DNA of 60,409 nucleotides from Candidatus Pacearchaeota archaeon (GTDB lineage: Archaea; Nanobdellota; Nanobdellia; Pacearchaeales; GW2011-AR1), in assembly GCA_018304025.1 (NCBI GenBank), contig JAGVXA010000002.1, forward strand, positions 1 to 60,409. Reading direction: 5' to 3'. The position numbers were made by a program, and so were the translations under genes. Position 1 is the stretch's first letter, and the number at the start of each line of letters is the position of its first letter. This document shows positions 18,824 to 28,785 of this stretch, piece after piece. The notes beneath the pieces are model-generated. The model was not told the DNA's origin. It worked only from the letters and a program-made list of their open reading frames with translations, and made no database searches.

Positions 18824-19504
18824 TTAGAATCCCTGCTGGAAACCAGAATTGAATTCGACGAATAATTTATTGTCTAAGACAGAATACTTTGTGATTGGGA
18901 GATTTACGGGGATTGAATTTACGTAAACTTTCTTGCTGCCAAGGGCTTTGACTTCGTAGCCTGATTCCAGCTTTGAAATAAATATATCGTCGACGGATTG
19001 GACGCCGGGGGTGTTGAGTTCATAAACAACTTTGTCGCCTAATCTTTTTACATTTGTTCTTGCCTCTGCTTTAGGCAAGGAAGATATTTTTTCTATTTGT
19101 TCTGGTGTTATTGGTTTTCTTGGCTGGACTTTCTTTTTTTGTTTTGCCTGAATTATTCTAGGGCCTGCAATTTTTATCCTGATTCCATTTGGAAATGTTT
19201 TTATTTCCGCATCTTGAAATTCTTTTTCCATTTCTTTGAATTGGTTTTGGAATTGCTTGTCGAGGTTTTTTATCAAGCTATTGAAGACAGAGCTGATTAA
19301 TCTGTCTGTTATGCCGAAACCCTGCGCTGGGGGTTCTTGAAAATTTGAATTGATTGAATCATTTCTTCCTAAGAGTCCAAAGTCTGCTTCTTCTTTTCTT
19401 GGGTCTAGGAAAGAGCTTCCGCAAGAGGGACAGAAATTAGAATTGGGATTAGATTTGTGACCGCAATTTTCGCATTTCTTTTTGTCTTTTTTATTGAAGA
19501 ACAT
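18824..19504 (-). CDS. Zinc-ribbon protein with possible HSP20-like C-terminal domain
   Basis: CENCG..FCPSCG; C-terminal VVYELNTPGV..DI..EVKA pattern similar to alpha-crystallin domains. Confidence 0.7.
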   Translation of the reverse strand: MFFNKKDKKKCENCGHKSNPNSNFCPSCGSSFLDPRKEEADFGLLGRNDSINSNFQEPPAQGFGITDRLISSVFNSLIKNLDKQFQNQFKEMEKEFQDAEIKTFPNGIRIKIAGPRIIQAKQKKKVQPRKPITPEQIEKISSLPKAEARTNVKRLGDKVVYELNTPGVQSVDDIFISKLESGYEVKALGSKKVYVNSIPVNLPITKYSVLDNKLFVEFNSGFQQGF

Positions 19505-19541
19505 TGTTATTTTAGTTTTAGGGAGGTTTTAAATCTTATTA

Positions 19542-20051
19542 TTATGGCGCGCTACCGTCGCCTACTTTGCAATTAATGGTTTCGGTTATTACAGCGCGCT
19601 CGCATAAGATTATTTTTTGTTTTGAAATTAAAGCTGGCTGGATTTCTACGGTGTAGTCTGCATCTTTTGTAACGATTGAGACGTCTTCTTCTTCATTTTT
19701 TACAGTTCTTACGCCGCCTTCCCATCTTTTTGTTCCTCCGGGAGGAATTTGCGGCAAAAGAATTTCGTCACCTTTATTTATCTGCGTTCTGGTTGTTCTG
19801 GCAGAATCTGCCATTCTTATGTAAAGCGCTGAAATGTTGAACAGCCCTTGGTTTTTTAGTTCTAAGATTAAATAGCTGTTTTTACAAGTTGCGCTTTGAA
19901 TTATCATGCTGACTTCTTCCGGGCAAGTCTGTCTTTCTGACGGGAGGTAGAGTTTTAATGCTGAGTAGACAAGAATGCTGATACCGACGGCAATTACTAT
20001 TAATATCGAGTATGAGATTATTTCTGACACCGCTTTTTTATTCATTGTCAA
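19542..20051 (-). CDS. Archaeal type IV pilin-like protein
   Basis: MNKKA|VSEIISYSILIVIAV class III signal, LKNQG motif. Confidence 0.8.
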   Translation of the reverse strand: MTMNKKAVSEIISYSILIVIAVGISILVYSALKLYLPSERQTCPEEVSMIIQSATCKNSYLILELKNQGLFNISALYIRMADSARTTRTQINKGDEILLPQIPPGGTKRWEGGVRTVKNEEEDVSIVTKDADYTVEIQPALISKQKIILCERAVITETINCKVGDGSAP

Positions 20052-20137
20052 TTATAGAAATGGAGATACTTAAATTTAACTCCTAAAAATAAATGATTAA
20101 CAAGAAAGTTTAATAATCTCTTTGGATATTGAATTAG

Positions 20138-22162
20138 ATGAAAGAGAAGGTGTTAATTATTTTTGGAATTTTTATTTTGTTAGTTGGGGGAGTTTTTGCT
20201 GCAGAGTGCAACGATGGAATTGACAACGACGGCGACGGGCTTGTGGATTCAGCAGATAGAGGCTGCAGAAGTATCGGCGATATAAATGAGGGCGATGATG
20301 TGATGATTGGAACAAATTTGAATTGGGTTAATGATTGGTCCACTGAATGGGTCTTTGTTGATGTTATGAAAACTGCGCGAATGTGGTTTACCCAGAATTT
20401 TAATTCGACAAATCCTTTTTCTACGGGTTTAATTGATAAAATTCCTTTGAGGGAGGATGGTTATCCTATAAAAATACCTGCGGAAGTCCCAGGTGTTCCT
20501 ACTCCGCAGGTTGTTGGAACATTATTACTGCGCGATAACGGAGGGCATCATCCGGACGGAAATTATACTGTTCTTTATGAGGGTGATGGAGAGTTAAGAT
20601 TCGATTATAATGCGATAGTTGTCAAGCAAGAACCCCATAAAATTATTATTTATGTTTCTAATAAATCTAGCTCAGGTATTTTTCTCAGGATAATGAGATC
20701 AAATGAGTCAGATCCTGTCAGAAATATTAGGGTAATAATGCCGGGATTTGAAGACAACTATAGTGAGCAGATTTTTCATCCTCTATTTCTTGAGAGATAC
20801 AAGCCATATAAAATCTTTAGATTTATGCAGTGGATGAATATTAATGATGGCAATGATATTTCCTCTTGGGATGAAAGAAATAAGCCGACGGATTTTTCAC
20901 AAGCGAGAGTTCATATTAAAAACGGGAATATTTCTTCAATAGTTAATACATCTATTATTCAGTATCATAGTTGTTCGTGGAATCCCTTATATAGCGTATT
21001 GGTGACAACTTCGGAACCACACGGTTTATTTACAGGACAAGAGATTACCCTTAACGTAACAAATGATACATATTTTTATAGAGATTCAAGCGGTGTAGAA
21101 AGAAGCGCTTCAATTAATGGAAGAAGATTTGTGTATGTGGCTGATGAAACTCATTTTTATATAGGATTTGGTGACTGGCGCAATTCAAATCTCACTAGTT
21201 TTCCTACGGGCAGTTTTGGGACTTGGAAAAATGTTGTTGCTCCAGGGGTATCAGTTGAATACATGGTTGAATTATCCAATAGATTAGATGTAGATCCTTG
21301 GTTTAATGTCCCTTATGCTGCTAGAGACGAATATATAAGAAATTTTGCACAATATGTTAAGGATAATTTAGATAAGAATAAAACGATTTATGTTGAGTAT
21401 GCAAATGAGGTTTGGAATTCAGCAGCACCATATTACCCGCAGTTTTCATATTCTTGCGGTTATGCAGGCATTAAGAATATTGCTCAGCCAGCTTCAACTG
21501 CAGATCTTGCAAAATTCTCGTGGGATATTTGGAGAGATGTTTTTGGAAATGAAAGTTATAGGATAAAACGAGTAGTTGCTGGACAGAGGGTGAATTCATG
21601 GGTTGTATCAACTATGACTAATAGATTAAATCAAACTAGTTCTGATGGCGGTTTTGACGTAATTTCTGTCGCCCCGTATTTCTATCCCGATAATTTATCG
21701 GCGCTTAATGAAAATTCCAGTACTGAAGATGTAAAAAATGAGACTATCGCGTATTTAAAAAAAGTTACAATGCCTAAAATCGAAGAACATCTTGCGTTGC
21801 GAGATAAATGGGAAAAAGAGCTTGGACGCGAAATTGACTTTGTAGGCTATGAAGGAGGATCTGCTTTTGTGCCTGAATTAAATACCCCTTATTATAATGC
21901 ATATCTGGAGATACAAAATAGTTCGGCTATGTATGACTTGTACAAAATTGTTTTACGTTGGGCGCGTAATAAAAGTATTGAGGGCATAGTGTTTTATAAT
22001 TCAGGAGGTCTTTGGTCCTGGGGGCATTTACATTATCAAGACCAACCAATTGAAGAAGCACCAAAATTTAGAGCATTGATGGATGGTGCATCTGGAAAGA
22101 TTTATTTGGATGAATCTTTTGGGAACTGCACGATAAAGAAAGCGTATTGGCGAATAGCATAA
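20138..22162 (+). CDS. Secreted glycoside hydrolase-like (TIM-barrel) protein with C-terminal CTIKKAYWRIA tag
   Basis: Signal peptide, CNDGIDNDGDGLVD motif, FRFMQW, PWFNVP, YVEYANEVWN, YEGG (clan GH-A-like acid/base and nucleophile spacing; inference). Confidence 0.7.
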   Translation: MKEKVLIIFGIFILLVGGVFAAECNDGIDNDGDGLVDSADRGCRSIGDINEGDDVMIGTNLNWVNDWSTEWVFVDVMKTARMWFTQNFNSTNPFSTGLIDKIPLREDGYPIKIPAEVPGVPTPQVVGTLLLRDNGGHHPDGNYTVLYEGDGELRFDYNAIVVKQEPHKIIIYVSNKSSSGIFLRIMRSNESDPVRNIRVIMPGFEDNYSEQIFHPLFLERYKPYKIFRFMQWMNINDGNDISSWDERNKPTDFSQARVHIKNGNISSIVNTSIIQYHSCSWNPLYSVLVTTSEPHGLFTGQEITLNVTNDTYFYRDSSGVERSASINGRRFVYVADETHFYIGFGDWRNSNLTSFPTGSFGTWKNVVAPGVSVEYMVELSNRLDVDPWFNVPYAARDEYIRNFAQYVKDNLDKNKTIYVEYANEVWNSAAPYYPQFSYSCGYAGIKNIAQPASTADLAKFSWDIWRDVFGNESYRIKRVVAGQRVNSWVVSTMTNRLNQTSSDGGFDVISVAPYFYPDNLSALNENSSTEDVKNETIAYLKKVTMPKIEEHLALRDKWEKELGREIDFVGYEGGSAFVPELNTPYYNAYLEIQNSSAMYDLYKIVLRWARNKSIEGIVFYNSGGLWSWGHLHYQDQPIEEAPKFRALMDGASGKIYLDESFGNCTIKKAYWRIA

Positions 22163-22172
22163 AGATAATTTG

Positions 22173-22217
22173 TTTCTGGCCGCAATTGCTGTTTGACAAT
22201 TTGTGTGGCTGTCAAAC
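22173..22217. repeat. Left half of a REP-like element
   Basis: tctggccgc-aattg-ctgtttgaca..tgtcaaac, truncated at the MFS stop codon. Confidence 0.7.
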
Positions 22218-23606
22218 TTAACCAAGAAGCGTTTTTAACAAATTAATTTCAGAATGAACTGATTTTATGGGATGAAGCAAACTGACTTTCAAATCAGGAA
22301 GGGGGCGGACTTTTCTTTTGTCTTTTAAGCGGGGGAGGAAGATTATTCCGACGAGAAGCCTTGCGGCTGCCGCGAGCGCGAAGACAAATAAAAATTTGTT
22401 TGTGAACGCCAAATATTTTAGAAGTATTCCGCCGATAATTGAGCCGATGAAAACTCCTATTCCGGTGAATAGATTATTATAGGCGACGCAGATTCCCCGA
22501 CGCTGCTGGGAGACTGAAGCGTATGTAAAATTAGTTGATGAAATTAAAAGAGCTGCATTGCCGATGCCTGGAATTATCTGGGCGAAGACTAATGCAATAG
22601 GATTTTTTATGAAGAGCCACGGAATCGGGGAGAGAAAGAAAAATAAATTCGCGATGTAAAAAAGCCTGACGTTGCCGTATTTGTCTGAGAATTTTCCGGC
22701 GAGCGGAGCGAAAATAAGATAGAAGACTGTTCCGCTTATTGACACTATGATGAAAGTTGTATAGGAGAATTCTAATTCCTGAAGCATGTAGACTGCGAAG
22801 AACGGGCTTGCTATCATGACAGCTATGTTGAAAAATAAATTGTAGGTTGCGAACTTGCCGTAGTTGTCAAATGTTTTTATGAAATTCCAGAGCGTGAAGT
22901 AGGATTTTTTGTTTACTTTGAATTTTGGAGAATATTCTTTTTTGAATATCTTGTAAGAAACGAATCTAAATGTGAACGCAAGAGCGAATAGGATTGCGAA
23001 TCCCAAGAAAACGAATCCTTTTGTTTTGAATGTGTCGAGGAGAAATGCGCCGAAAAGCATTGCTGCGAGGCCTAAAAGAGTTATTATTCTGTCTCTTATT
23101 CCGAGATATTTTCCCCTGTCTTTTTCAGGTATCAAGTCGCCGAGCCAGGAAAACCAGGCAGGGTATGCGCAGCTGCCGAGCGCGAGAAGAATTGTGTAGA
23201 GAATTATCAGGATGTAAGGGGCGAAATTTTGAAAATAGCCTTTCCAAAATAAAATTCCGAGGAGCGCGATTGGAAACCAGACCAACGCTTCTAAAAGAAC
23301 AAATTCCACGACTATTCTTTTTCTTGATTCGTGAGACATGAGCTTGCTGCCGAAGAGCTGGGAAATTGGAGAAGCGAGCCCGGATAATGAACTGAGAATT
23401 CCGATTTGGAAAGGAGTTGATTTCAGAGCGAGAGCAAAGGGAGTTATAAATTGGGAGCCTAAGTTAGTGGAGATGCTTGAAGCTATCCCTTCATTGATAC
23501 TTTGCTTGAGGGCTTTTTGCTTTGAACGGATGATTCTATCTGTCGGGCCGTCAACATCTTTCTGCACTCTTTTTATATTTGTGAGTTTATTGTAAGTTAA
23601 TTCCAC
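22218..23606 (-). CDS. MFS transporter
   Basis: About 12 TMs; WLGDLIPEKDRGKY, GKFSDKYG motifs. Confidence 0.9.
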   Translation of the reverse strand: MELTYNKLTNIKRVQKDVDGPTDRIIRSKQKALKQSINEGIASSISTNLGSQFITPFALALKSTPFQIGILSSLSGLASPISQLFGSKLMSHESRKRIVVEFVLLEALVWFPIALLGILFWKGYFQNFAPYILIILYTILLALGSCAYPAWFSWLGDLIPEKDRGKYLGIRDRIITLLGLAAMLFGAFLLDTFKTKGFVFLGFAILFALAFTFRFVSYKIFKKEYSPKFKVNKKSYFTLWNFIKTFDNYGKFATYNLFFNIAVMIASPFFAVYMLQELEFSYTTFIIVSISGTVFYLIFAPLAGKFSDKYGNVRLFYIANLFFFLSPIPWLFIKNPIALVFAQIIPGIGNAALLISSTNFTYASVSQQRRGICVAYNNLFTGIGVFIGSIIGGILLKYLAFTNKFLFVFALAAAARLLVGIIFLPRLKDKRKVRPLPDLKVSLLHPIKSVHSEINLLKTLLG

Positions 23607-23649
23607 ATGATAAGAAATTAATTTTGATTAATAAATGTTTTCGTGGGGT

Positions 23650-24549
23650 TTAAGCAGGACGAAATGAATTTTTGCAACCTTTCCAAATTTTTCCCATTAT
23701 TTTTAGCGCTTGTTCTTCTGCTTTTCCTATTACCTTATACGTTCTTCCTTCTTCTTGGGCTGCCAGCGAGAGAGAAACTGAAATCGCTGTTTGTTTATCG
23801 TCGTGGCTGTAGCTTCTAAATCTCGCTGTGAGTTTTCCGCATTTTTCGATTATTTCTTCCTGCTGGTAAAGTTGTTCTCTGAATTCCGGGGAGATTAGCG
23901 CGTTGTCAATTGCAAATTTTTCATTGGGCGCGTATTTTTTGAGAAGGAGCTCGAATGTTCTTGATTGATAAACTGATTCGCCCTGCGCTGAGTAGATAGC
24001 TACCGGAGCTTTTTTTGTTTTTCTTGAAGTTTGAGAATAAAGAGTTATGACGTCTGCAAACGCGTTTGCCTGCAGCTCTAAAACTTTTGCTTCGAGTCTT
24101 GAAATATCCTGCTGCATTTCTTCCAGATTAGCTGCGTGAAATTTTTTTTCTTCTTTAAGCGAGCGGCATTCTTTTATAATATTTTTTGCTGCTTCAAATT
24201 CATTAAATTTAGAAAACTCTTCCAAGTCAAATAATCTAGTGGATTGCTTGGAAGCAACAAGAGCAGCCATAACTCTTCTACTCGCGAGCTCGTTTGCTTC
24301 TTGGATATTTTGCATCGCTCTTTCAAGAATTTCTTTTTTTTCTTTTTGTGTTTTTAGAATTTGCTGTTCGTATGCTTGCATTTGTCCCTGGCTAATTTGT
24401 TTTTCTTGGTTGCGGGAGGTTTTTTCTGATTCCAGAATTTGTTCCATCTGGCTTTTTTGCAGACGCAGCTCTTCGTTTTCGGTTTGGACTTTTTTATAAC
24501 TCGAACTGCGAGAGGCGAGATAATTTAAGATTCTTTTTAGCATTTCCAC
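23650..24549 (-). CDS. Coiled-coil hypothetical protein
   Basis: E/Q/K-rich heptads in the N-terminal half. Confidence 0.65.
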   Translation of the reverse strand: MEMLKRILNYLASRSSSYKKVQTENEELRLQKSQMEQILESEKTSRNQEKQISQGQMQAYEQQILKTQKEKKEILERAMQNIQEANELASRRVMAALVASKQSTRLFDLEEFSKFNEFEAAKNIIKECRSLKEEKKFHAANLEEMQQDISRLEAKVLELQANAFADVITLYSQTSRKTKKAPVAIYSAQGESVYQSRTFELLLKKYAPNEKFAIDNALISPEFREQLYQQEEIIEKCGKLTARFRSYSHDDKQTAISVSLSLAAQEEGRTYKVIGKAEEQALKIMGKIWKGCKNSFRPA

Positions 24550-24618
24550 GTATATATTTCAGAAGAGAAAAATTTAAATAGATGTGTATACGTATTGTGT
24601 ATACGATGAGGAGATACA

Positions 24619-24987
24619 ATGGACATATTTGATGCTGCGATTATTTGCAAGGAATGCAATAAAGAAATGAAACCGATAGTTGTTGAAAAATTAGGATTTC
24701 ATCTTCGGGCTGTTAAATGCGAGAAATGCGGCGAGAAAATAATTCATCCTGCTGATTTGGAAAGATTTAAACATTACGATAATATGAGGGGAAAGACTTA
24801 TAATGTCAAGCTTCGAGTTGTCGGGAACAGCCATGCGGTAAGTATCCCGAAAGAAATTTTTGATTTTATGAACGAGATGCACGGAAAAATGAATAAAGAC
24901 ATGAATGACATGGTCAGATTATGCTTTGAAGATTTTGGAAAGCTCAGCATGAATTTTATGGGGGAGAATGAATATGGCAAAGAATAA
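24619..24987 (+). CDS. Zn-ribbon + AbrB/MazE-like DNA-binding protein
   Basis: CKEC..CEKC; [16 protein letters not shown]. Confidence 0.75.
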   Translation: MDIFDAAIICKECNKEMKPIVVEKLGFHLRAVKCEKCGEKIIHPADLERFKHYDNMRGKTYNVKLRVVGNSHAVSIPKEIFDFMNEMHGKMNKDMNDMVRLCFEDFGKLSMNFMGENEYGKE

Positions 24988-27900
24988 CGAATTAAAATTA
25001 AAAGTTGTTGAATCGCTGCAGGATGATTTGTATAAAGGAATTGCCAGAATTGATCCTGGACTGATGAGAAATCTTGGCTTGCTCAGAGGAGATATTATTC
25101 TGATTAAAGGAGGCAAGGAAACTTTTGCAATTGTTGACAGGGCTTATCCAGCAGATGTCGGGGAAAATATAATTAGAATTGACGGCTTGATTAGAAAGAA
25201 TGCAAGAACAGGCGTCGGAGAACACATTGTCGTCGGAAAAGCAAATATCAGGCCTGCTACTAGAATTACAATCGCGCCGGTTCAGCAGGGGATAACTGTT
25301 CACGGCGATCCAGAAGGATTGAAAAACGGATTGCTTGGAAGACCGGTTGTCAAGGGAGATATTATTTCTTTAGGCGGAGTGCACAGAAGAAGAGACATGA
25401 TGGGCGAGGGAATGCCGGATATTTTTGGAGATTTGCAGGATTTATTTGGCGGCGGGGGTTTCGCTGGTTTTCAGCAAATAAGATTTATGATTGTTTCTAC
25501 TTCGCCTGCACAGGGCGGTTTTATCAACGAGAGCACTGAAATTGTTTTGAGCCCAAAATCTGTTGATATTTCTGAAGAGGCGCTGCCGGAAGTTGCTTAC
25601 GAAGATATTGGGGGATTGAAAGAAGAGATTAAAAAAATAAGAGAGATGGTTGAACTGCCGTTGAAGCATCCGGAAATTTTTGAGAAATTGGGGATTGACC
25701 CGCCGAAGGGAGTCTTGCTTCATGGAACTCCTGGAACAGGAAAAACTTTGCTGGCGAAAGCTGTCGCGAACGAAACAGAAGCGAATTTTATTTTATTGAA
25801 TGGCCCTGAAGTAATGTCTAAATTTTATGGAGAATCAGAGAAAAAAATCCGGGATATTTTTGAAGACGCTGAGAAAAACGCGCCGACAATTATTTTCTTC
25901 GACGAGATTGACGCGATTGCTCCAAAGAGGGAAGAAGTTCAGGGAGAAGTTGAGAGAAGAGTTGTTTCGCAGTTATTGACGATGATGGACGGCTTGAAAT
26001 CAAGAGGGAAAGTTATTGTTATCGGCGCTACAAATAGAATTAATTCTGTTGATCCTGCTCTTAGAAGACCTGGAAGATTTGACAGGGAGATTGAACTCAG
26101 TGTTCCTGGAAAGGAAGCGAGACTGGATATTTTGAAAATTCATACGAGAAATATGCCCTTGAGCAAGAATGTTGATTTGCTTGAATTAGCCGGGAAGACG
26201 CACGGTTTTGTCGGTGCTGATTTGTCTGCCTTGGCGAAGGAAGCTGCGATGAGTGTTCTTCGGAAAATGTTGCCTGCTTTGAAAATGGAAGAGGACGAGC
26301 CGATTCCTCCGGAAGTTTTGGACAAGGCGATTATTAAGATGAGTGACTTTGAAGATTCCTTGAAAGTTGTCCGTCCGTCGGCAATGCGGGAAGTTTTTAT
26401 CGAGACGCCGAATATCGGGTGGAAAGATATTGGGGGCTTGGAAAAAACAAAACAAGAATTGAAGGAAGCTGTTGAGTGGCCGATTAGCAATCCTGAAGCG
26501 TTTACGCGGCTGGGAATAAAAGCTCCGAAGGGAATTTTATTGTACGGGCCTCCGGGAACAGGAAAAACTTTGCTGGCGAAAGCTGTCGCGAAAGAATCAG
26601 AGGCGAATTTTATTCAGGTTAAGGGGCCGTCGCTGCTGAGCATGTGGGTCGGAAAATCATTGCCTTATGATGAAGAATTGATTGTGAAAGACAAAGGAAT
26701 TGTTAAGAGAATGAAAATTGGGGAGATTGTTGAGAAGAGAGAAAATGTCAAGGTTCTCGCATTCGATAAAGACAAAAGAATTAGATTTACAAAAATCGGG
26801 GATTATATAAAACATAAGCTTGATACTAAATTAATGGAAGTTACAACAAGAACAGGCAGAAAAATAAAAGTAACAGATTATCATTCTTTGTTTTCTTTTG
26901 TGAATGGCGAGTTTGTAGATGTTCCGACTAATCATCTTATTCCGAACGAAAGCTATATTGCAATTCCAAAGAATCTAAATCTTCCTAGGGAGGAAATGGA
27001 ACAAATTAATCTTTATGAATATTTTAAAGAAGACGAGGAAATATTTGCTGGAAATGTCAAGCCTTATCTGGAGAGAGCAAAGAAAATTTTGGGCTTAGAA
27101 AAGACTGCTGAAATTTTAAAGATTTCTAAAAAATATCTTGCTGATATAATTTTAAAAAATCTTCCGGTTAGTATTTCAAGATTTGACGAAATAATAAAGG
27201 AAGCAAAGTTAAGCATTGACTTTAACGAAATTAATCTTAAGTTCAAAGGCAGCAAGCATAATTATCCTGCTGTGTTAAAAATTAATGCTAATCTTTGGAG
27301 ATTAATTGGGCTGTGGATTGCAGAAGGAGATTTCAACAGTGATACGGTAAGAATTCATAATCAGAATCCTGAAATCAGAGAAGATATAAGAAAAATCTGC
27401 CGGGAATATGGATTTAAACTTTCTGAAATGGAAAGCTGTGCGACAATAAATAGTTATTTTCTGCAGAAAGTGTTTAAAGAAGTGTTTGGGCTTGAGGGAG
27501 GAGCTGACAAAAAAAGACTGCCCGCATTATTGTTTGGTTTAGACAAGGAAAGCAAAGCTAATCTGCTTAAAGGATATTTCAGCGGAGATGGTTCTATATA
27601 CGCTCATGAAAGAGGAAAGTTCGTGATAGAGGCTTCAACAATCAGCAAGGAACTGGCGAATGATCTTCTTTATTTATTTTTAGATTTTGGAATTGTAGCA
27701 ACATGCTATGCAAAGAAAAATGAATTTGGCGATGTTTACAGAATAAGCATCCTGGGAGTTAAAAACTTTGAGAGGTTTAAAGAAATTGGATTTATTGACG
27801 AGATTAGGAATGGACGGATAATCAATTATATAGAATCGAGAAAATGGGCGAGATCTGATTTAATTCCTTTGTCTGGAGAATTATATGAATTAGCATCAAA

Positions 27901-28741
27901 CTCGAATAAAGTTTATAGTACAAATAATTCAATTGGAAAAGAAGCGCTCAAGAGCATGCTTGTCTTGATTGATAAGGATAAATCAAAATATAAAGAATAC
28001 TGGGATTTGGTTGAAGGAGATATATATCTTGATTTAGTTAAAGAAATTAAAGTTATAGAAAGCGAGGAATATGTATATGATATTTCTGTTCCCGGAGAGC
28101 AGAATTTTATTGGAGGATTTGGAGGAGTAATTGCGCATAACAGCGAAGAAGGAGTCAGGAAAGTTTTTGAGAGAGCAAGGCAAGTTGCTCCTTGTGTTAT
28201 TTTCTTCGACGAGGTTGACGCTTTGGCTGGGAAGAGGGGAATTGAAACAGGCACGAAAGTTACAGAAAGAGTTTTGAATCAGCTATTGGCTGAGATGGAC
28301 GGCTTGGAGGATTTGAATGACGTTACTGTTATTGCCGCGACTAACCGTCCTGACATGATTGATCCTGCTTTACTTCGTCCGGGGAGATTTGACAGAATTA
28401 TTTTAGTTGACGTGCCTGACGAGGAATCCCGGAAAAATATTTTTGAAGTGCACACGCGAAATGTTCCTTTAACTAAAGATTTTAATTTGACTCATTTGGT
28501 TAAAATGACAGAAGGTTTTGTCGGCGCTGATATTGAGTCTGTTGTGAGAGAAGCTGCTTTGAATGCTTTACGGAAAGATATGAATGTTCAAGAAGTTGGG
28601 ATGGAAGATTTTGAAGAGGTTGTGAAAAGAATGACTCCTTCTGTTTCTAAAGATTCTGCGGATAGGTATAAGAAAATTGAAGAATATTATTTGAAGAAAG
28701 CGAAGGCGGGCTTGGAGACGGGGCCTGTTTATGCGGGATAG
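24968..28741 (+). CDS. cdc48: CDC48/VCP (VAT) AAA+ ATPase precursor containing an intein
   Basis: N-domain, Walker A GTPGTGKT and GPPGTGKT, Walker B FFDEID/FFDEVD, RPGRFDR twice; 762 aa after intein removal. Confidence 0.97.
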   Translation: MNMAKNNELKLKVVESLQDDLYKGIARIDPGLMRNLGLLRGDIILIKGGKETFAIVDRAYPADVGENIIRIDGLIRKNARTGVGEHIVVGKANIRPATRITIAPVQQGITVHGDPEGLKNGLLGRPVVKGDIISLGGVHRRRDMMGEGMPDIFGDLQDLFGGGGFAGFQQIRFMIVSTSPAQGGFINESTEIVLSPKSVDISEEALPEVAYEDIGGLKEEIKKIREMVELPLKHPEIFEKLGIDPPKGVLLHGTPGTGKTLLAKAVANETEANFILLNGPEVMSKFYGESEKKIRDIFEDAEKNAPTIIFFDEIDAIAPKREEVQGEVERRVVSQLLTMMDGLKSRGKVIVIGATNRINSVDPALRRPGRFDREIELSVPGKEARLDILKIHTRNMPLSKNVDLLELAGKTHGFVGADLSALAKEAAMSVLRKMLPALKMEEDEPIPPEVLDKAIIKMSDFEDSLKVVRPSAMREVFIETPNIGWKDIGGLEKTKQELKEAVEWPISNPEAFTRLGIKAPKGILLYGPPGTGKTLLAKAVAKESEANFIQVKGPSLLSMWVGKSLPYDEELIVKDKGIVKRMKIGEIVEKRENVKVLAFDKDKRIRFTKIGDYIKHKLDTKLMEVTTRTGRKIKVTDYHSLFSFVNGEFVDVPTNHLIPNESYIAIPKNLNLPREEMEQINLYEYFKEDEEIFAGNVKPYLERAKKILGLEKTAEILKISKKYLADIILKNLPVSISRFDEIIKEAKLSIDFNEINLKFKGSKHNYPAVLKINANLWRLIGLWIAEGDFNSDTVRIHNQNPEIREDIRKICREYGFKLSEMESCATINSYFLQKVFKEVFGLEGGADKKRLPALLFGLDKESKANLLKGYFSGDGSIYAHERGKFVIEASTISKELANDLLYLFLDFGIVATCYAKKNEFGDVYRISILGVKNFERFKEIGFIDEIRNGRIINYIESRKWARSDLIPLSGELYELASNSNKVYSTNNSIGKEALKSMLVLIDKDKSKYKEYWDLVEGDIYLDLVKEIKVIESEEYVYDISVPGEQNFIGGFGGVIAHNSEEGVRKVFERARQVAPCVIFFDEVDALAGKRGIETGTKVTERVLNQLLAEMDGLEDLNDVTVIAATNRPDMIDPALLRPGRFDRIILVDVPDEESRKNIFEVHTRNVPLTKDFNLTHLVKMTEGFVGADIESVVREAALNALRKDMNVQEVGMEDFEEVVKRMTPSVSKDSADRYKKIEEYYLKKAKAGLETGPVYAG
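26657..28141 (+). mobile_element. 495-aa intein with LAGLIDADG homing endonuclease in the CDC48 D2 domain
   Basis: WVGK|SLPYDE...VTDYHSLF...[10 protein letters not shown]...[10 protein letters not shown]...YVYDISV..NF..IAHN|SEE. Confidence 0.95.
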
Positions 28742-28785
28742 AAAATAACAATAAGATTTAATAATGTCTTTTGATATTGGATTGG

